From NCBI RefSeq assembly GCF_964204645.1, contig NC_134026.1, positions 20,060,150-20,124,149 of the forward strand: a DNA stretch of 64,000 nt. Reading direction: 5' to 3'. Below are positions 50,731 through 64,000 of the stretch, in pieces (position 1 is the first letter of the stretch; each line of letters starts with the position of its first letter). The notes beneath the pieces are model-generated. The model worked only from the letters and a program-made list of their open reading frames with translations. It was not told where the DNA came from and did not search any database. Source of the DNA: Tubulanus polymorphus (lineage: Eukaryota > Animalia > Nemertea). Made by a program: the position numbers and the translations under genes.

Positions 50731-52039
50731 ATCACTTAGAAATCAACGGATTATGCGGAATATATACAGCTTCTTGATGACTTCATAGTACTTCGATTCG
50801 TCTCTATCGAATTTCGAAGTTTTTTTTTCATAACGAAGACCTAGATATCGGCGCGTATTATTCCTTTCTGGGCCCCATCCAAATAAGATAAATATCAATT
50901 CTACCGTTGTTGATGCTTCATAGAAAATTGGCCTTTGTTCTCGCGTGTGTTGTATGTGATATATAGTAAACAGAAGTGACCTCACTCTTTAAAACGGTTT
51001 TCGGAAAATCGGCGGCTCCATTAGCAAAAATACGGCGTCGAAACCACTGAACATAACTACAGATAATGGCTGCTCAGCAATTTTGATCGTACCGACTGTG
51101 ACCCAAAACGACACCCCACTAATTTCAGCCGACAGGAAATGTTTTTGTTTTAAAACATCATTTCGAAATCAAAATAACGAATTCCGCGAAACCTGTTGTA
51201 GCATTCCTTCATTTTGTTGTATTTTTTGTTGTTTCCAGTTTCGGCTTTTCTCATTTTTCAAACAACCACATCAAGGCAACTTTAGTTGATCAATCGGTTT
51301 AACATTGGGAAATGCAACATGCAAAAAAAATCAAAATAACAAAAACTATTCTGTTATAGCTCTTGGAAGTTGCAAAACACTTGGTCCACAGATTGCGAAA
51401 CAAGATGAAAATGTCTTCATATTTTGCAATTTTTTCGAGCAACATAACTCGAGTGAATGTGCTAACATCCTTGATCCTGTGTGGTCGCAAAAAGAGCAAT
51501 ATTAACACTGTGCAAACATGATTTTGAAGAAACTTACGATTTCATTACAATCGCTCCTTTTAAAAGGCTTCGGCGCATTGAATCGTGGCTGAAGTGTTGG
51601 CCATTGTAAGAAAAAAACTAAAACCGAGATGAAACAAATTCGTAGAAACCCTGCCTTTTTGAACGGCACAAACTTCTCAAAATTATTGTATAATCTCTCG
51701 TCTAAATATTTGTATACCTGCTTCAGTTTTTAGAACGCGTTTATCTCGACACACATCAACCTACTATTGCCGGTAGGTATAGGTAGGCTGTTAAGAAACA
51801 CTTAGCTGGGTGTCGGTTGCAGTAGATCTTGCTTCTATAAAGCTCTCAGATCTGCTACAAAATAGATCGCTTCAATTAAACTATCTTCGGTTACTTAACT
51901 TGTCTACGTCGATTAACAGCGACCACGTAAACGAATATATGGCATAAGAGATTAGGTAACGTGATTTGTTATAACTGGTGGTTATAACTTAAAGGTCCTT
52001 CTACAGCGTCCCCCGATCGGAGTATACATAACTTAGCTA

Positions 52040-52516
52040 CGGTAGACCTTGCGTAAAGTCGGATCTTTTGGAACCGAGAAAAAAATTCCGACTTTGAAAA
52101 CAGTCGGATTTCCAGCCTTTTCCCGAAAACTGCGACTTGACTTGAGAATTAATCCGAAATTTAAATCAACATCTACAAAAAATGATTTAAAAATACTGCT
52201 GTATTTCGGGTTAATGTTTCCATTCTAATACACTAACCACACAACTAAAATAACGACTGTTCACATGACATGACATCGTCGATTTCAAGCCAGAAACGGG
52301 CGGTCGGAACTGGGAAGAAATCAAACTGGAATGGGACGAATAGCCCTCCGACTTTGAGCTATTTTTTCGTAAATTTTGGGACCAGGGAAAGTACTACGAG
52401 ATTTTCCGACTTATGAAATCCGACTTTTGAATATGAATTTCATTGAAAAGAGAAGGAAAAGTCGTGACCATAAATATTCATCCGATATGAGCGATTATCT
52501 GACTTATGAAAGGTTT
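52040..52516. mobile_element. Degenerate MITE with tccgactt subrepeats
   Basis: Left end tacggtagaccttgcgtaaagtcgga; repeated tccgactt(a/t/g) toward a right end tctgacttatgaaaggttt. Confidence 0.45.
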
Positions 52517-55500
52517 TAAATTTAACCAATGGACATTTTTGGACAACCATGATATTTTGTTTAGGTTCCATGTAATAGGTCCAGCTCGACAGTTGTCACC
52601 CGAAGAATGATGCACGCAATTGCGGTTTTTATATAACGTAAAACCATGAAACCTTTTACAGCTGGAAAATACCCAGCATAATTTTGAGAAATGTTTTCAT
52701 CGACGCGAAGAAAACCTAATACTTAATTCAAACATCGCTTGAATTGGCAGTCAGTTGAATTGAATAGATGTCAACACTGACATCGTACGCCACAATTTCC
52801 AAGAAACTAAAATCCGTATAGGTTTTTTTCTCGAAACGAATTGATATAATATTCACGTCACGTATTATACGTGAAAGTCGGCTACGATCTGTCGCGATTC
52901 AAAATGAGAATCGCGGCTCTGAAAAAACCCCTTTTAGTCTGAAAAAAAAATTGTGACAGGACATCCGGCCGAAGCTTTAAAACGCGAAACGAGTCTGCTC
53001 TTTACGGTTGGTCGTATTCTATCAGAAAAAATATATAATCTGGCCCGGCTTACATACTTTTAAATATTGTATGAAATGAAAAAAAAAATCGCTGTTGAAA
53101 TCTATCTACCTTTAGTGGCAGTTTGCTCCAGGCTATTCTCAGTTGTCTCGCTACACATGTGTTTTTCAGACTTTTTATTGACGCCGGTCTTTGCTTCTTC
53201 GCCTCATGAACGACTGGAGTCTACACAACATAACAGAGCTAAGCATTTTCATTACAAAATATGTCATAACAATAACGTTGCGAAGGCTCTAATAAGGGTG
53301 TGCCGTCTGAACGAGAGAACGAGTGATCGATTCTGAGAATCCGTATTTCTTTCGCCTATAACTTCTTACGATTCATATAATGTTTGTTGGCAGACGATAG
53401 TCAAAATATGACATTGCCGACTGAACAGTTGCAACCAAGAAAACGCGATCTCCCGTTGACGAATCCGTTGGCCTATTGATAAAAAAAAAGCTCACTGTTG
53501 TGAATCACAAAATCGGAATTAGAAATAATGATCTCTAGGAAAACCATATGTTAAATGAATCTGTCTTGTCTTAGGTGGAGTTTCTATGTTTGCTTTATTC
53601 TCACTACTTTTAAGCACTTATTTGGAAGTAAAAGCTGATTTGATATTTACAAATATCGTGATAAGTTCGTTTTTTATGTCATTCTCCACGTTGGATAGTA
53701 AGGAATTCTCTGATTCAGTTCTTTCTCAGATTTTTCGTTTCTCATTTTTCGTTTTTATGATTTAGTAACGGAATTTCATCCTCATTGAAATGTGTCTGGA
53801 TAGTTTCCTCTCGTTATCAATAATAATTGAGACGTACGTAATGTTCTTAGTCTATGTTAATACTATATAGTAGTATCGGGCTTCTTAACTTATATTTCAT
53901 GATTGAAACGGATATGTTAACACCTTATTTGGCGCCTGTTTCCACGTCGTCCTCGCCTCGAAACAAAACTCAACGGAAATCGGAAACTCGTTCGCCGTCG
54001 TCGAATCACGCCGAGTGTCTGCGCTGAAAAAACGTCTCGAACAACCGATTATGTCACGATGAAGCACGAAAACAAACACGCACAAAATCAATGGTCATAT
54101 TTTGAGAGGTAGTCGTTCGAAGAACATTTCTATATCCGGGGATTTGTGTGTCGAATGCTGTTTCCGTTGCGCTATTTCGGCAGACGAGACGTATTCAAGT
54201 GCATAAATGACGTCTGATGAGAAAACTCGATTAATGGAGAAAAAAAGTAGAACTCGAATTATGAATGTAAATTTGAATTCGTATTATGTGCGATCTATGT
54301 GCATTGGAATCAATGGTGTTGTACAAATTTGCCGATGTCTTCTATGAATTTATCAAATAATGCCTCGGGCCTGAAGTGCTACCTCGATTTCCGTCATTAC
54401 GCTCGTCTGGATACAAAAAAAGTAAAATTCAAATTCCACTATTTGACCATCAGAAAAGAAAATCTAACAGAAACAAGAAAACACAAAAAGAAAATGTTAA
54501 ACAAACCGGTGGTAATTTGCACCGTTTCGTGGTAGCACGTAAAGGATACACATTTATTGGTAAAGGCGTACAGACACGGATAAGAGAATGTGATGAACAA
54601 TGAACTCGTGAAGAATAAGTCATTGTATTGTATACGGTAGAGATTTTTCGAGTAGGCAAGGTGGGCTCTTTTTACTAAAAATCAATCCCGTACGCATTTC
54701 GAAAAACGTACGTAAAAAATAAAATTGTTTGGCGATGGATTTTAGTTTATGAAGCCTTTTAACCTGGTTTAAAATGCATTCTCACCGTTTCAATATGCGT
54801 TCTTGGAAGTCTCAAAATAGCGAGTCGGATAAAAAACGTGTTTGTAGAGTATTTTTGCATAATACCACGGGTCTGGCAGGGTTAAAACGAAGCCCTGGAT
54901 GATTCTGGATATACATGTGTAATTCACGCGTACTATCGACCGAATATTTGCTGATTCCAGATGTGAACAATTTTTGTCGTGTCTGTCGGTATTCCTGGGG
55001 GTTATAGACGTTAGCTGGCTGAAACTTTCTATACGTACGTACATACAGTTAATCGGACGCGTATATACGATAAATACATCGAACGTTTTTACATCGTCCG
55101 AGACGATTGAACGATATCTCATACGTTCAAGTTAAACAAATACAACTAGATATTAAAGCAATTAACATGGTTTTGTGAAAGTTCTTAGCTTAAAAGTGGA
55201 AATAGGTAAAAAAATATGAGTCTGGTCAGAGGTTCGAAGGCCTGCGCAAGAAAAGTTCATTAGCTTATCTTAAAAGCATATCACACGTTGGAAAAACCAA
55301 CACTTAGAACAGAAAACGTTTATTCAAGTTATCAATATTGCCAAATTATTTCGAATACGCAGGCAACGTGGCAAATGAACCACTGAATGCGTAAAACATT
55401 ATCGTCGATTGCAGATCAGTGACTAAGAGTAATCGTTTTCAACCACAGGTCGATTTCGCCGGAAAGTTTTTTTAAATGCCTAAAATGCTTCCGTCTTATA

Positions 55501-55667
55501 CCAGTTAAATTCTGGTTATACCGAATAATACTTTCTTCAAATTCAATATCTAAATATACGCATTTTTCTTTCTAGGTTGTATCGGTCTTAGTAAGATTCA
55601 AGTGAATGTTTCTTTTTTTTGACGCCGTAAAGACCGTAACAATAATGTGTATATACATTGTTGACTA

Positions 55668-55884
55668 TATGCGTTATTTTAGGGTTTCTGTGCAAGTCGA
55701 TGTGCACTACGTCATCAATATTGGCCTTTCAAAACAATAATTACGATTGTGGATTTTGGCATTTATTTTGTAATTAAATATATTCTATAACTCAGATTTC
55801 ATTTTTGATAAATCTTGATAATCATTTTTGAGAGGTTGTGCCCTACGTCATCAATAGATCGGGGCTAGATTGGTTGCCGGTCAT
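55668..55884 (+). repeat. Interspersed repeat fragment shared with 27886-28060 and 34096-34290
   Basis: tatgcgttattt(t/a)aggg...gtgcactac(g/a)tcatcaata...atcggggctaga(t/c)tggttgc. Confidence 0.7.
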
Positions 55885-58800
55885 TTCAATTCAATTCAAT
55901 TCAATGATCAATATATTCAAATCCAAATACATTTTTCAGTACAGTACAATACAGTTTTTACACTTCGAACCTCATTTTTATGCTATATATACTATTCTGG
56001 AATCTTACAAACATAATTTCACCGACATACTTTCTTCTCATGTCACACAAAAATTATAAATCGAAATTTTTGATTAAATAACACGTGCTCTAGTCGAAAT
56101 TCCTTCATCTAGTTCGCGACACCTGCTCAACTACTGCATTCCGTCGCATGCGTGTAATATATTCGTATGTTTGTTCTTATCGCGTTCATATTTTCTTTTC
56201 TTTCTTTGCATATAACGAACCTCGCACGCATTCGTAGAGATTTTTTTACAGCAGTTTTTCATTGTCTTTCGCACGGGATAACATCACGATCAGTCAACAG
56301 CAATTGATAACGTGTGGGTGTTACATGGTACGAATAGAAACAAAGCGAGTTACATATCGCGTAATAGTGTTGACTTTTTGAGTAAAACATTTTTTGTGCG
56401 TGGTCGAAAACATCGTGTATCGATTGAACCACAATGCCAGAAGAGTTGGATAGTTTAATCAGACGTTTGAATTAGATGATTTAGATGAAGGTCAAACATT
56501 TCTATTCACAAAAATGACAGTTTTTATCATCTGACAATTAGAATTATTTCTAACAATTTGTATTTGGAAAAAAATACATTTAGTTTTCGGAGTGATGAAG
56601 TGTATGTGTTTGTAGTGGTTAAAGTAACTATTGAGAATTCTATCCCCAATAGGGAATCTACGTATGTCACCAATGTTATATTATTAAGCAAAATGAGCAA
56701 ATCCAAGAGCTAGGTTCTTTCTAAATCGTTCCACTTTACTTTAATTTTTTTATCACCATGTTTCATGTTTGTGTCCTGTCTACTTTATTGAACCGTCAAT
56801 CCAATAATGTACGTATTTGTTTCACATTAAGAACCAATAAAGCGAGTGATCACTTCGAAAATCCCGTTTGATACTTTTCGATTAAAGTAAGCATGTTTCC
56901 AACGATGAGAACATCCAAAACGATAAAACGTTGAAACCATCGGATATATCCCCGAAATATCTTCTAGGAATTTTGGACATTGCACTTTAAGTTCACCTTA
57001 CATCTATAATCAGTCAATGGCCTATATCAATCTCAATCATCTAAATCAATCTATAATCAGTTTAACTCATCGTCTTATCACGGATATTGTGATTTTCAAC
57101 TGATTCATCTTCACAATCGGTCAAATTTACCAGTCCAAATATCGAAGGTTTTGGACATAAGTTACGACTGTGCAACTGGAGTCCAGTATTTGCAGATAAT
57201 TCTAGTGCTACCGTATAAAATGTTTTTTTGTCAATTTCTAAAAACCAATCTATGATGAAGCACGGCGCAGTATGACAGTGAAATATGACGTTATAGATTA
57301 CCACAGCGCGTGGCTAATTAGGAACATAGCACGTAGATAACCCGTCACCCCTGTTCAAATAGTACCGAGATTGGCGTGACAGATCTAGCGCACATGCCAT
57401 CAGTCCGACCCGGGTAATTATTACATAACGGCGTCGCAAGATATCCATCTAAACATTAAAATGGACCGATTGTTAAAATCGGTTGATTTTATCGAAACTC
57501 TATTAAGGCAAACTGTATGAATTCATGTTTGTGCTGATAAGGGGTGGACACACATTGGCGCCCTGATAAACGCCAAGCGCTAGATACGAGGTGCTGAGAC
57601 GAGACATTTTCAAAATTTTCTTAAATACCGGCCATACGGTCATTTTCGTTTGTATTGCGGCAGCTTATTCGAATGTACGTTTAGTCTGTACCTAAACCTA
57701 ATGAGATTCTTGTCAGTTTGAATTCATAAAACCCGACTCTGTAAATGAGGAGAGTCATTGGACATTGGTAACAAAAACGAATATTCAAATGACCAACAGA
57801 ATACTAATCATACTTGATGTCTGCTTGGATCCGGTGATAAGTCACTTAATCTGACCGCCATAATCACCAGAAATTCCAATAATACGGTTCTCAAGTGTTT
57901 GGTTTTAAACGGACATTCACGGAATTTATGCGCCACTTGTAGATCGCCGCCTACGACACTGTTTACTGTCGGACAGAAGTCGGAGATAACGAAGAACCCA
58001 CGTTTGATTTTGAATGCTCAATGAATTAATTGAGAGATAATTAGACTTAGAATCGGTCATTTGGTGCATGTTAGTCTCGTCGTCGGATTTCTCAGTATTC
58101 GGAATTCCGCTCAAGCACGAATTCGATTTAGATCTTCTGTTTACTGACCACCTCTGGGTTTCCGCTGCGTTTCTGTAGAATATCTCTATATATTCAGTAG
58201 AACGAATTCGAAAGACAATGTTTTGAAAATTTATACATTCAATTAGAAAGTATTCGAAATAACGTGTGTTCGGTAGAAGGGTTTTGGCGGAAGCAGTAAG
58301 AGATCGATTCCGTGTAAGTTTATATGGTAATGGTTCAATATTTTTCTTCTTAAACTTGATCGCATTATTCCTATAGTGTTCAACAATACGATTGAATATA
58401 CCACCGGTAATTGCGACATTGATTTTGAAGCATTCGAATTCATGAGTGATCTAACTTTTTTGAACAACAGTTGAAATGATAACTGTTCGAGTGTACGAAT
58501 ACTTCGAATTAATCTCATATCTGCGATCAACTGAGAAAGACTTGAAAATGACTTTATGACAGAAATCATGAATGGTATAGTAAGAAGCGAAGTTAACAGA
58601 GTAAAGAAAAAACATAATGAGTTCACAATATTTCGATGGCAGTATATATAATAAGAAGTAGTGAGATTAGTTTCTGAATTGTCAGAAAATTTTACCGAAA
58701 AATACGAATATCGTTTGTTGTCTGAAGAGCGGCCTGTTAATTTTTGAATACTTGGATTGAGGGCATACTGTACAGTAATGCTTCCGTAAAATGATAATCA

Positions 58801-60227
58801 ATTAAAGAATATTACACATTTTCCTTTAATAACCATTGCCTAATCGCTGTTTTGATTATAGGCTTAGGCTTTGATACGACATACCCATATATTTCGCGGC
58901 GAGGTACCTATATTAAATTGCTTCGGTTCGTTTTGATTGAAAATTCTTTACAGCCGGTAACGCATCGGGAAACAATAATGCGCCTATAATTAAGCGTTGG
59001 ATTATGGCTTTTAAAAAGTCACGAAAATCCGCGCCGGCCTTTCGTGTTTATTATCGCGAACACAACGGCCGTATATTATATCCGTCAACGAGACAAATGT
59101 TCGTAAATAGTTGTAATTCGAGTGTTGTTGTGACTAAGGACATTATTCTGGGGATTAACTTCATATGCACGTGGGTCTGGCCACTTAGGTTCGTCAGTAT
59201 ACACTGACTGACACACAGCGCACGCGCGAACCTCGGCGACCGCCATTCGCTAGGATAACGGCGATAGCGCGTGAATATATTTTCTTCCTTTGATTTCTTT
59301 AAATCGACAAAACGGCTGTAGATGCGTATTTACGTTTGTGCTAAATGATCAAAACGTAACATTCCTGATCCGTGTTTACGTTTCTAAGTATCTCGGGGCG
59401 TGCGCGTAAATGAACACCCACTCGCGCGCGAGATCCCGTTTCGTTGTGTAGAAAATCTGAATATCTTGCCAGTTGAGTACCTCGATTCGGCGAACGATCT
59501 AGCGTTAGTTGTTCCGAGACTTAAGGAGGATATTATCAATCGATATTAAACGAGGATACTTAGATACTTGAACGTTTAGGTTGAATCAAAAAGACATGTG
59601 ACGTTGAGTTTTTAAACCAGGAATACACGCGAAAATACCTTTCCATATTGAGGTAAGTTCAGTTAGTAATCGCAACGGCTGTGTCAGGATCGGTCGGGGG
59701 CCACCGTTCGTTCTATTTGAAAAAAATGTCCGTATTCAAACGCAATTCTCTATAGAGCCCAATTCTCAGTTGCGTATTCAATTAAATGCATTCTTGCAAA
59801 TAAGTGAAAACAACATTCTTTCGGAACCGCGCGACAGCAAAATAATTTCAGCGACATTTCCAACACGTATATACTGCACGTTATTGCTATAAATAGACGG
59901 CAGGAAATATTTTTGCAAATGTTTACACTCGATTTGATATTGATGACGTTCCCGAATCAAAAACAACGGTAATCATTTTCGACGTGCGTAATGTACAATG
60001 TATAATATGAGTTGTAGTCGAGGATGCTAACATATCATGTAAGGTATTGTTTGATTCTTTGTATCTACATTATCAATGAACCCAAAAAAAGGCAAGCCAT
60101 CAAAAATATTTCCATACATACCTTGATTATGATATATGCAATTAGCACGTGTACCCACGAATTGAATTAGAATAGAACACGATGAAAAAATTCGTTACAT
60201 CATTCAAGTCAGTGCCGGGACACTTGA

Positions 60228-60498
60228 GGGCCGGTTCCATGGTCTCGGTTTAGTCTTAAGTCCAGTCTAAGACTATCTTAGTTCTAAAGCCAACCTAACA
60301 ACTTAAGACTTGTCTTAAGATTTAAGATCATTTTTCGGACTTAAGTCTCGACTGTGGAACCAGCTTCCAAGGGACAGTTGAATAGCCAGACCATTCTAAG
60401 ACCAACTTAGTCCTATTAGCAAATCTAAAAAACTAAAACCAGTCTTAAGATTTAAGACCATGCACTTTGGACTTAAGTCATCTCTGTGCAACCAGCCC
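60228..60498. repeat. Two tandem copies of the hairpin repeat family seen at about 16000
   Basis: gtcttaagatttaagacca...ggacttaagtc...ctgtg(g/c)aaccagc occurs twice. Confidence 0.7.
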
Positions 60499-63400
60499 AT
60501 TGAAGAAGTCGACATAGTTTCTTATAGACGAAGAAATATACGATTCGTGGACCCTTAGCATTACTGAATCTTTTTCATCGTAATTTTCAGCATATCGGAA
60601 AAAGTTTTGATTAACAATTAACCATTCTGTAAGAATAAGAAGCCGATTATATCAAAAGGAATTTTGATCAATCCACTTAGCGGATAAGATTCATTCACGA
60701 AATGATAATCAAATAATATACATATTTTCTACTGAAATGAAAATATGAAATGATTATCTATGATTCGCAATTCATTCAAAAATATCGAATGTACAAATGT
60801 TGAAAAAAGCAGAGAACGCGGATAACAGTCAATCGAGGTTTTAAATAAACGCCGCGACCGATTATTCTGAATATTGAATGCGATTTGGCTCGTGTGTATT
60901 TTGTGCAGATTTTATTTGCATTCGTTTCAAGGATGTGTTTATCTACGTAAAAATGTTTGATTCTAATTACGTTTAAATCGTTCGTCAATGCGACAAGGTC
61001 AACTACGTATTTTGCATGCAGCCGATCGATATAAAATATGTGTCGTTATATGGGGGTCTGATTTTTGTCGTGTTTAAAACGCCGCCAAGTTTCTGTATAC
61101 CTTTCAGATAAGTGCTTTGAAGTCTTTTCGTATATTCACTCGTATAAGGCTGTTTTCAAATATCAAATGTACTTGTAAGATGATCGAAAAGAAAGTTGAT
61201 TTAACTTCTTCTCAAAGCCTATTATGAATCTATTTACTTTTCAATAGCCTTTTATATGCCGGTGCTTATAAACCATAATAATTTCGTCTATGGTGAACTG
61301 TCGAGATCGCTAGATATTTTTATCCGCGCGGATAAAAAGGCATTGTTTGTCACGAAGATCAGAAGTCAAACTTTAGAAAACCGACGTTCAAAGGCTATTC
61401 GGTATGCGGTCGGAATGCCCTAATTCAACCCGTACACTTCATACGTAGTGAAAATTGTCTATATATTGTTATTTGCCACCGATGTTTAGCAAAAGTTACA
61501 TACATATATGACGACGAATCGAGCTTGTGGACAGAGAGTTCTAGGAAGGTCAATGTAATTTTGCATTGAGCCTTTTAGTAAACCTCGGGTGCAGCTCAAA
61601 TAGCCCCGGAGCCTTGCGTGTGTGGTCCATATATAGTAATAAGATAGCCGTTTTCAGATTTCACAGATCGAAATCCCTGATATGCTCTCTCAAGTTTGGA
61701 GTACATTTTGATAAATTGACCCGTGTCGTCAATGGATGACGGCCAAACACAAATTGTGTACATAGTATACGACTTACATATTCTCGAGAGCAAATATCGT
61801 AATATTTAGACATTGCGGTCAAACAATGAATAACGCAGCGGAGAGAGTCAAATCAAACGATTTGTAGCAACTTTTGACCACGTGTATAGGCTTATGAACC
61901 ACTATAGGTCAGTTATTAGTGACACACGAGAATAATATCATAGGCACAATTTATCTAAGTTTCCGCGAATTAGGCGCGCAATTCATCGACCTATAATTGT
62001 ATATACATATCCATATTTGGGACTCACGAATCCCAAATACTGAAATGGTAAAAGATATTAATCAAAATAGTGTTTAGCTGAGCTTTACTCGAAGAGACAA
62101 GTTTTTGGATTCAATAGATCGCATTTCAAATCAAATGTATTAAAGAAAGTTGTTTTTTTCTTGTTTAGTTTCCCGTTTGGATGATTAACACGAAAACAAC
62201 AGTGCGCACGCTATCGAAATCTTCGCGATACACCGCGGGGACTCATTTAGCTTACGGCAGTTGAAGGCGTATCAGCTTATTTTCCTCTGTGACACATTAG
62301 GCTATGTTTCTGATATTAATCATATTTTTTACTCCCAAACGGGGACTCTACCTCGCTGCGAAATGCGAGACGGGAAAATATCACGCTTTATATTTCACAC
62401 TCATTCGGTGCCAGTGGCTTTCTTATTCGGGTGATATCTATGAGGCCCTTCGGTTATTACGACCAAGCGCTTGAAATAGAAAAATGTGAAGTAAGATTTT
62501 CATTTCGTAAACCTGATTTCAATGGCATTGAGTCGTCCGTAGATAAAACCTTATATTTACTATATCGATGACTGCTTCAACCATTACGTAAGCTCGGCAC
62601 CATTTTATCGATTTTGACAAATATCTTCGGCGAGTACGATCGAAAATTACGTAATCGAAATCTACGCAACATTTTGTGGACGAGTGGTTTTCCGTGTATG
62701 GAGTTGTCTGCTTAATTGATGATATCGGTTTCAAGGCGATGGACCGTTGAAAAATGATTGCAGTTTAAACAGTTTACAGTTTATCTGACAAACTCAAGGT
62801 CTACAATTTAGACAATGTGAATGAAAAATACAATACAATATACAAAATAACATAGTAGCGAATGCCGTATTTACACGAATATTTTTTGAATTTTACTTAT
62901 AAAAATACATAAGTTATACAGTGTTCTGAAGTTTTTTGTATGCATGAGTGAGGAGGATTTATATTGGTTTAGAACACTGTACAATGTATTTACTCGGGTC
63001 CTTGATTCCTGAACTCCGAACACCGCACTTGTAAAAGTGGTAAGAATCATTTACGCATTGGTCGTCTGCGAAGCGCATATATTTCGTGTGCGTGATCGCT
63101 AGAAAATTGCTTTTGATAGACGCCATGAAATGGGATATTTCTGATATTATTAATGAATTGTTAATGAACGCATAGTCGTTGTCCCGATGATAACCCATCA
63201 CGGCTATTAACTAATAACTCGGGATTGAACACGCTCGGTCGTGTTATCATTGCATATCGTATACATGTATATCGCCACTATATCTATTACTCATCGGATC
63301 TGGAAATACTTGAGAAACATGACGTAATATTCGATATTTCAATCTATTTCCTTGGACATCTTTTTATACGGAACGTGTTTTAGCTATAGCAAAATCCGAT

Positions 63401-63670
63401 AGTCGGGCAAAATACGGCGTCTTCCTTCTATTTAAACTTCCATCTGTCAAGGCCAACTTTCCATTTATCAATTTTCAAATTCCTTGCAATTTTTCCACTT
63501 GTAATCGAGAGCACTTGTATCTCCTTGAAACTCTTGGACATCCATCGACACCCACCTCAAAGTAATTAGTTTTAACTCACTACTTATAGAAAATTTCACT
63601 TATCAAGAAATGAAATAAAAATACACGACGTTTCGAACTCTCATTAGAGATCACCGTCGGCAGTTGTTTC

Positions 63671-63712
63671 ATACCTGACGATGACCTCTAGTGAGAGTTC
63701 GAAACGTCGTGT
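63671..63712 (+). ncRNA. Candidate minimal type I hammerhead ribozyme (Penelope-like element type) within the palindromic element 63600-63735
   Basis: ATAC-CTGACGA-T-GACCTCT(AGTG)AGAGTTC-GAAA-C-GTC-GTGT: complete core, stem I ATAC/GTGT, stem II with one mismatch, loopless palindromic stem III (ACGT) and a GUC cleavage triplet. Confidence 0.65.
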
Positions 63713-64000
63713 ATTTTGATTTTATTTCTTGATAAATGAGATTCGTTTTTAATCTTTTGAATTCTCTATTTAGTGGTTTTTTAACTTATCATCTGTTCTC
63801 AACGTCAGAGTACGGCTATTTCACCACACCTCCAAGTATTTTTCCATTAACATCAAATACGAGGAATAACTACAGTCAGTCAGTGGTCCCTCAGCTTTGT
63901 TTACAACTCGAATACATAAAAATTGTACGTCGCAATGAACCCAGAAATACAGGATATTGCTTTCAGTATGGAATGAACATTAACCTTCATCAATAAGATG

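Noticed and set aside
54790-55122. 110-aa ORF with KTFDVFIVY resembling TIR box 1
   Set aside because: The rest shows no TIR features and no supporting exons could be identified.
59737-59749. caaacgcaattct matching the 3' part of miR-219
   Set aside because: The seed region is absent and there is no convincing precursor hairpin.

Overview
AT-rich, intron-rich animal genomic DNA (inferred to be an invertebrate, probably a lophotrochozoan); prokaryotic categories such as CRISPR and operons do not apply. From left to right: (1) three tandem four-exon JHAMT-like class I SAM methyltransferase genes, the middle one carrying an in-frame CGA->TGA stop; (2) an 18-exon galactocerebrosidase gene (GALC, +) with a decayed 28S rRNA fragment in intron 2 and a GC-AG intron; (3) an 8-exon CutC gene (-) head-to-head with a 10-exon COX15 gene (+), ATGs about 360 bp apart, as in human CUTC/COX15; (4) inside the ~12.5 kb COX15 intron 2, a tandem duplication (27301-32832 / 32833-39696) whose breakpoint lies inside COX15 exon 2 and which carries two antisense FMRFamide-receptor-like GPCR genes with uninterrupted CDSs plus Helentron-type (HINE-like) repeats; (5) about 20 kb with no recognisable protein gene. 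Many MITE-like insertions are present, and several palindromic elements contain minimal Penelope-type hammerhead ribozyme cores (one apparently intact at 63671-63712). All gene models were spliced by eye and no searches were run.
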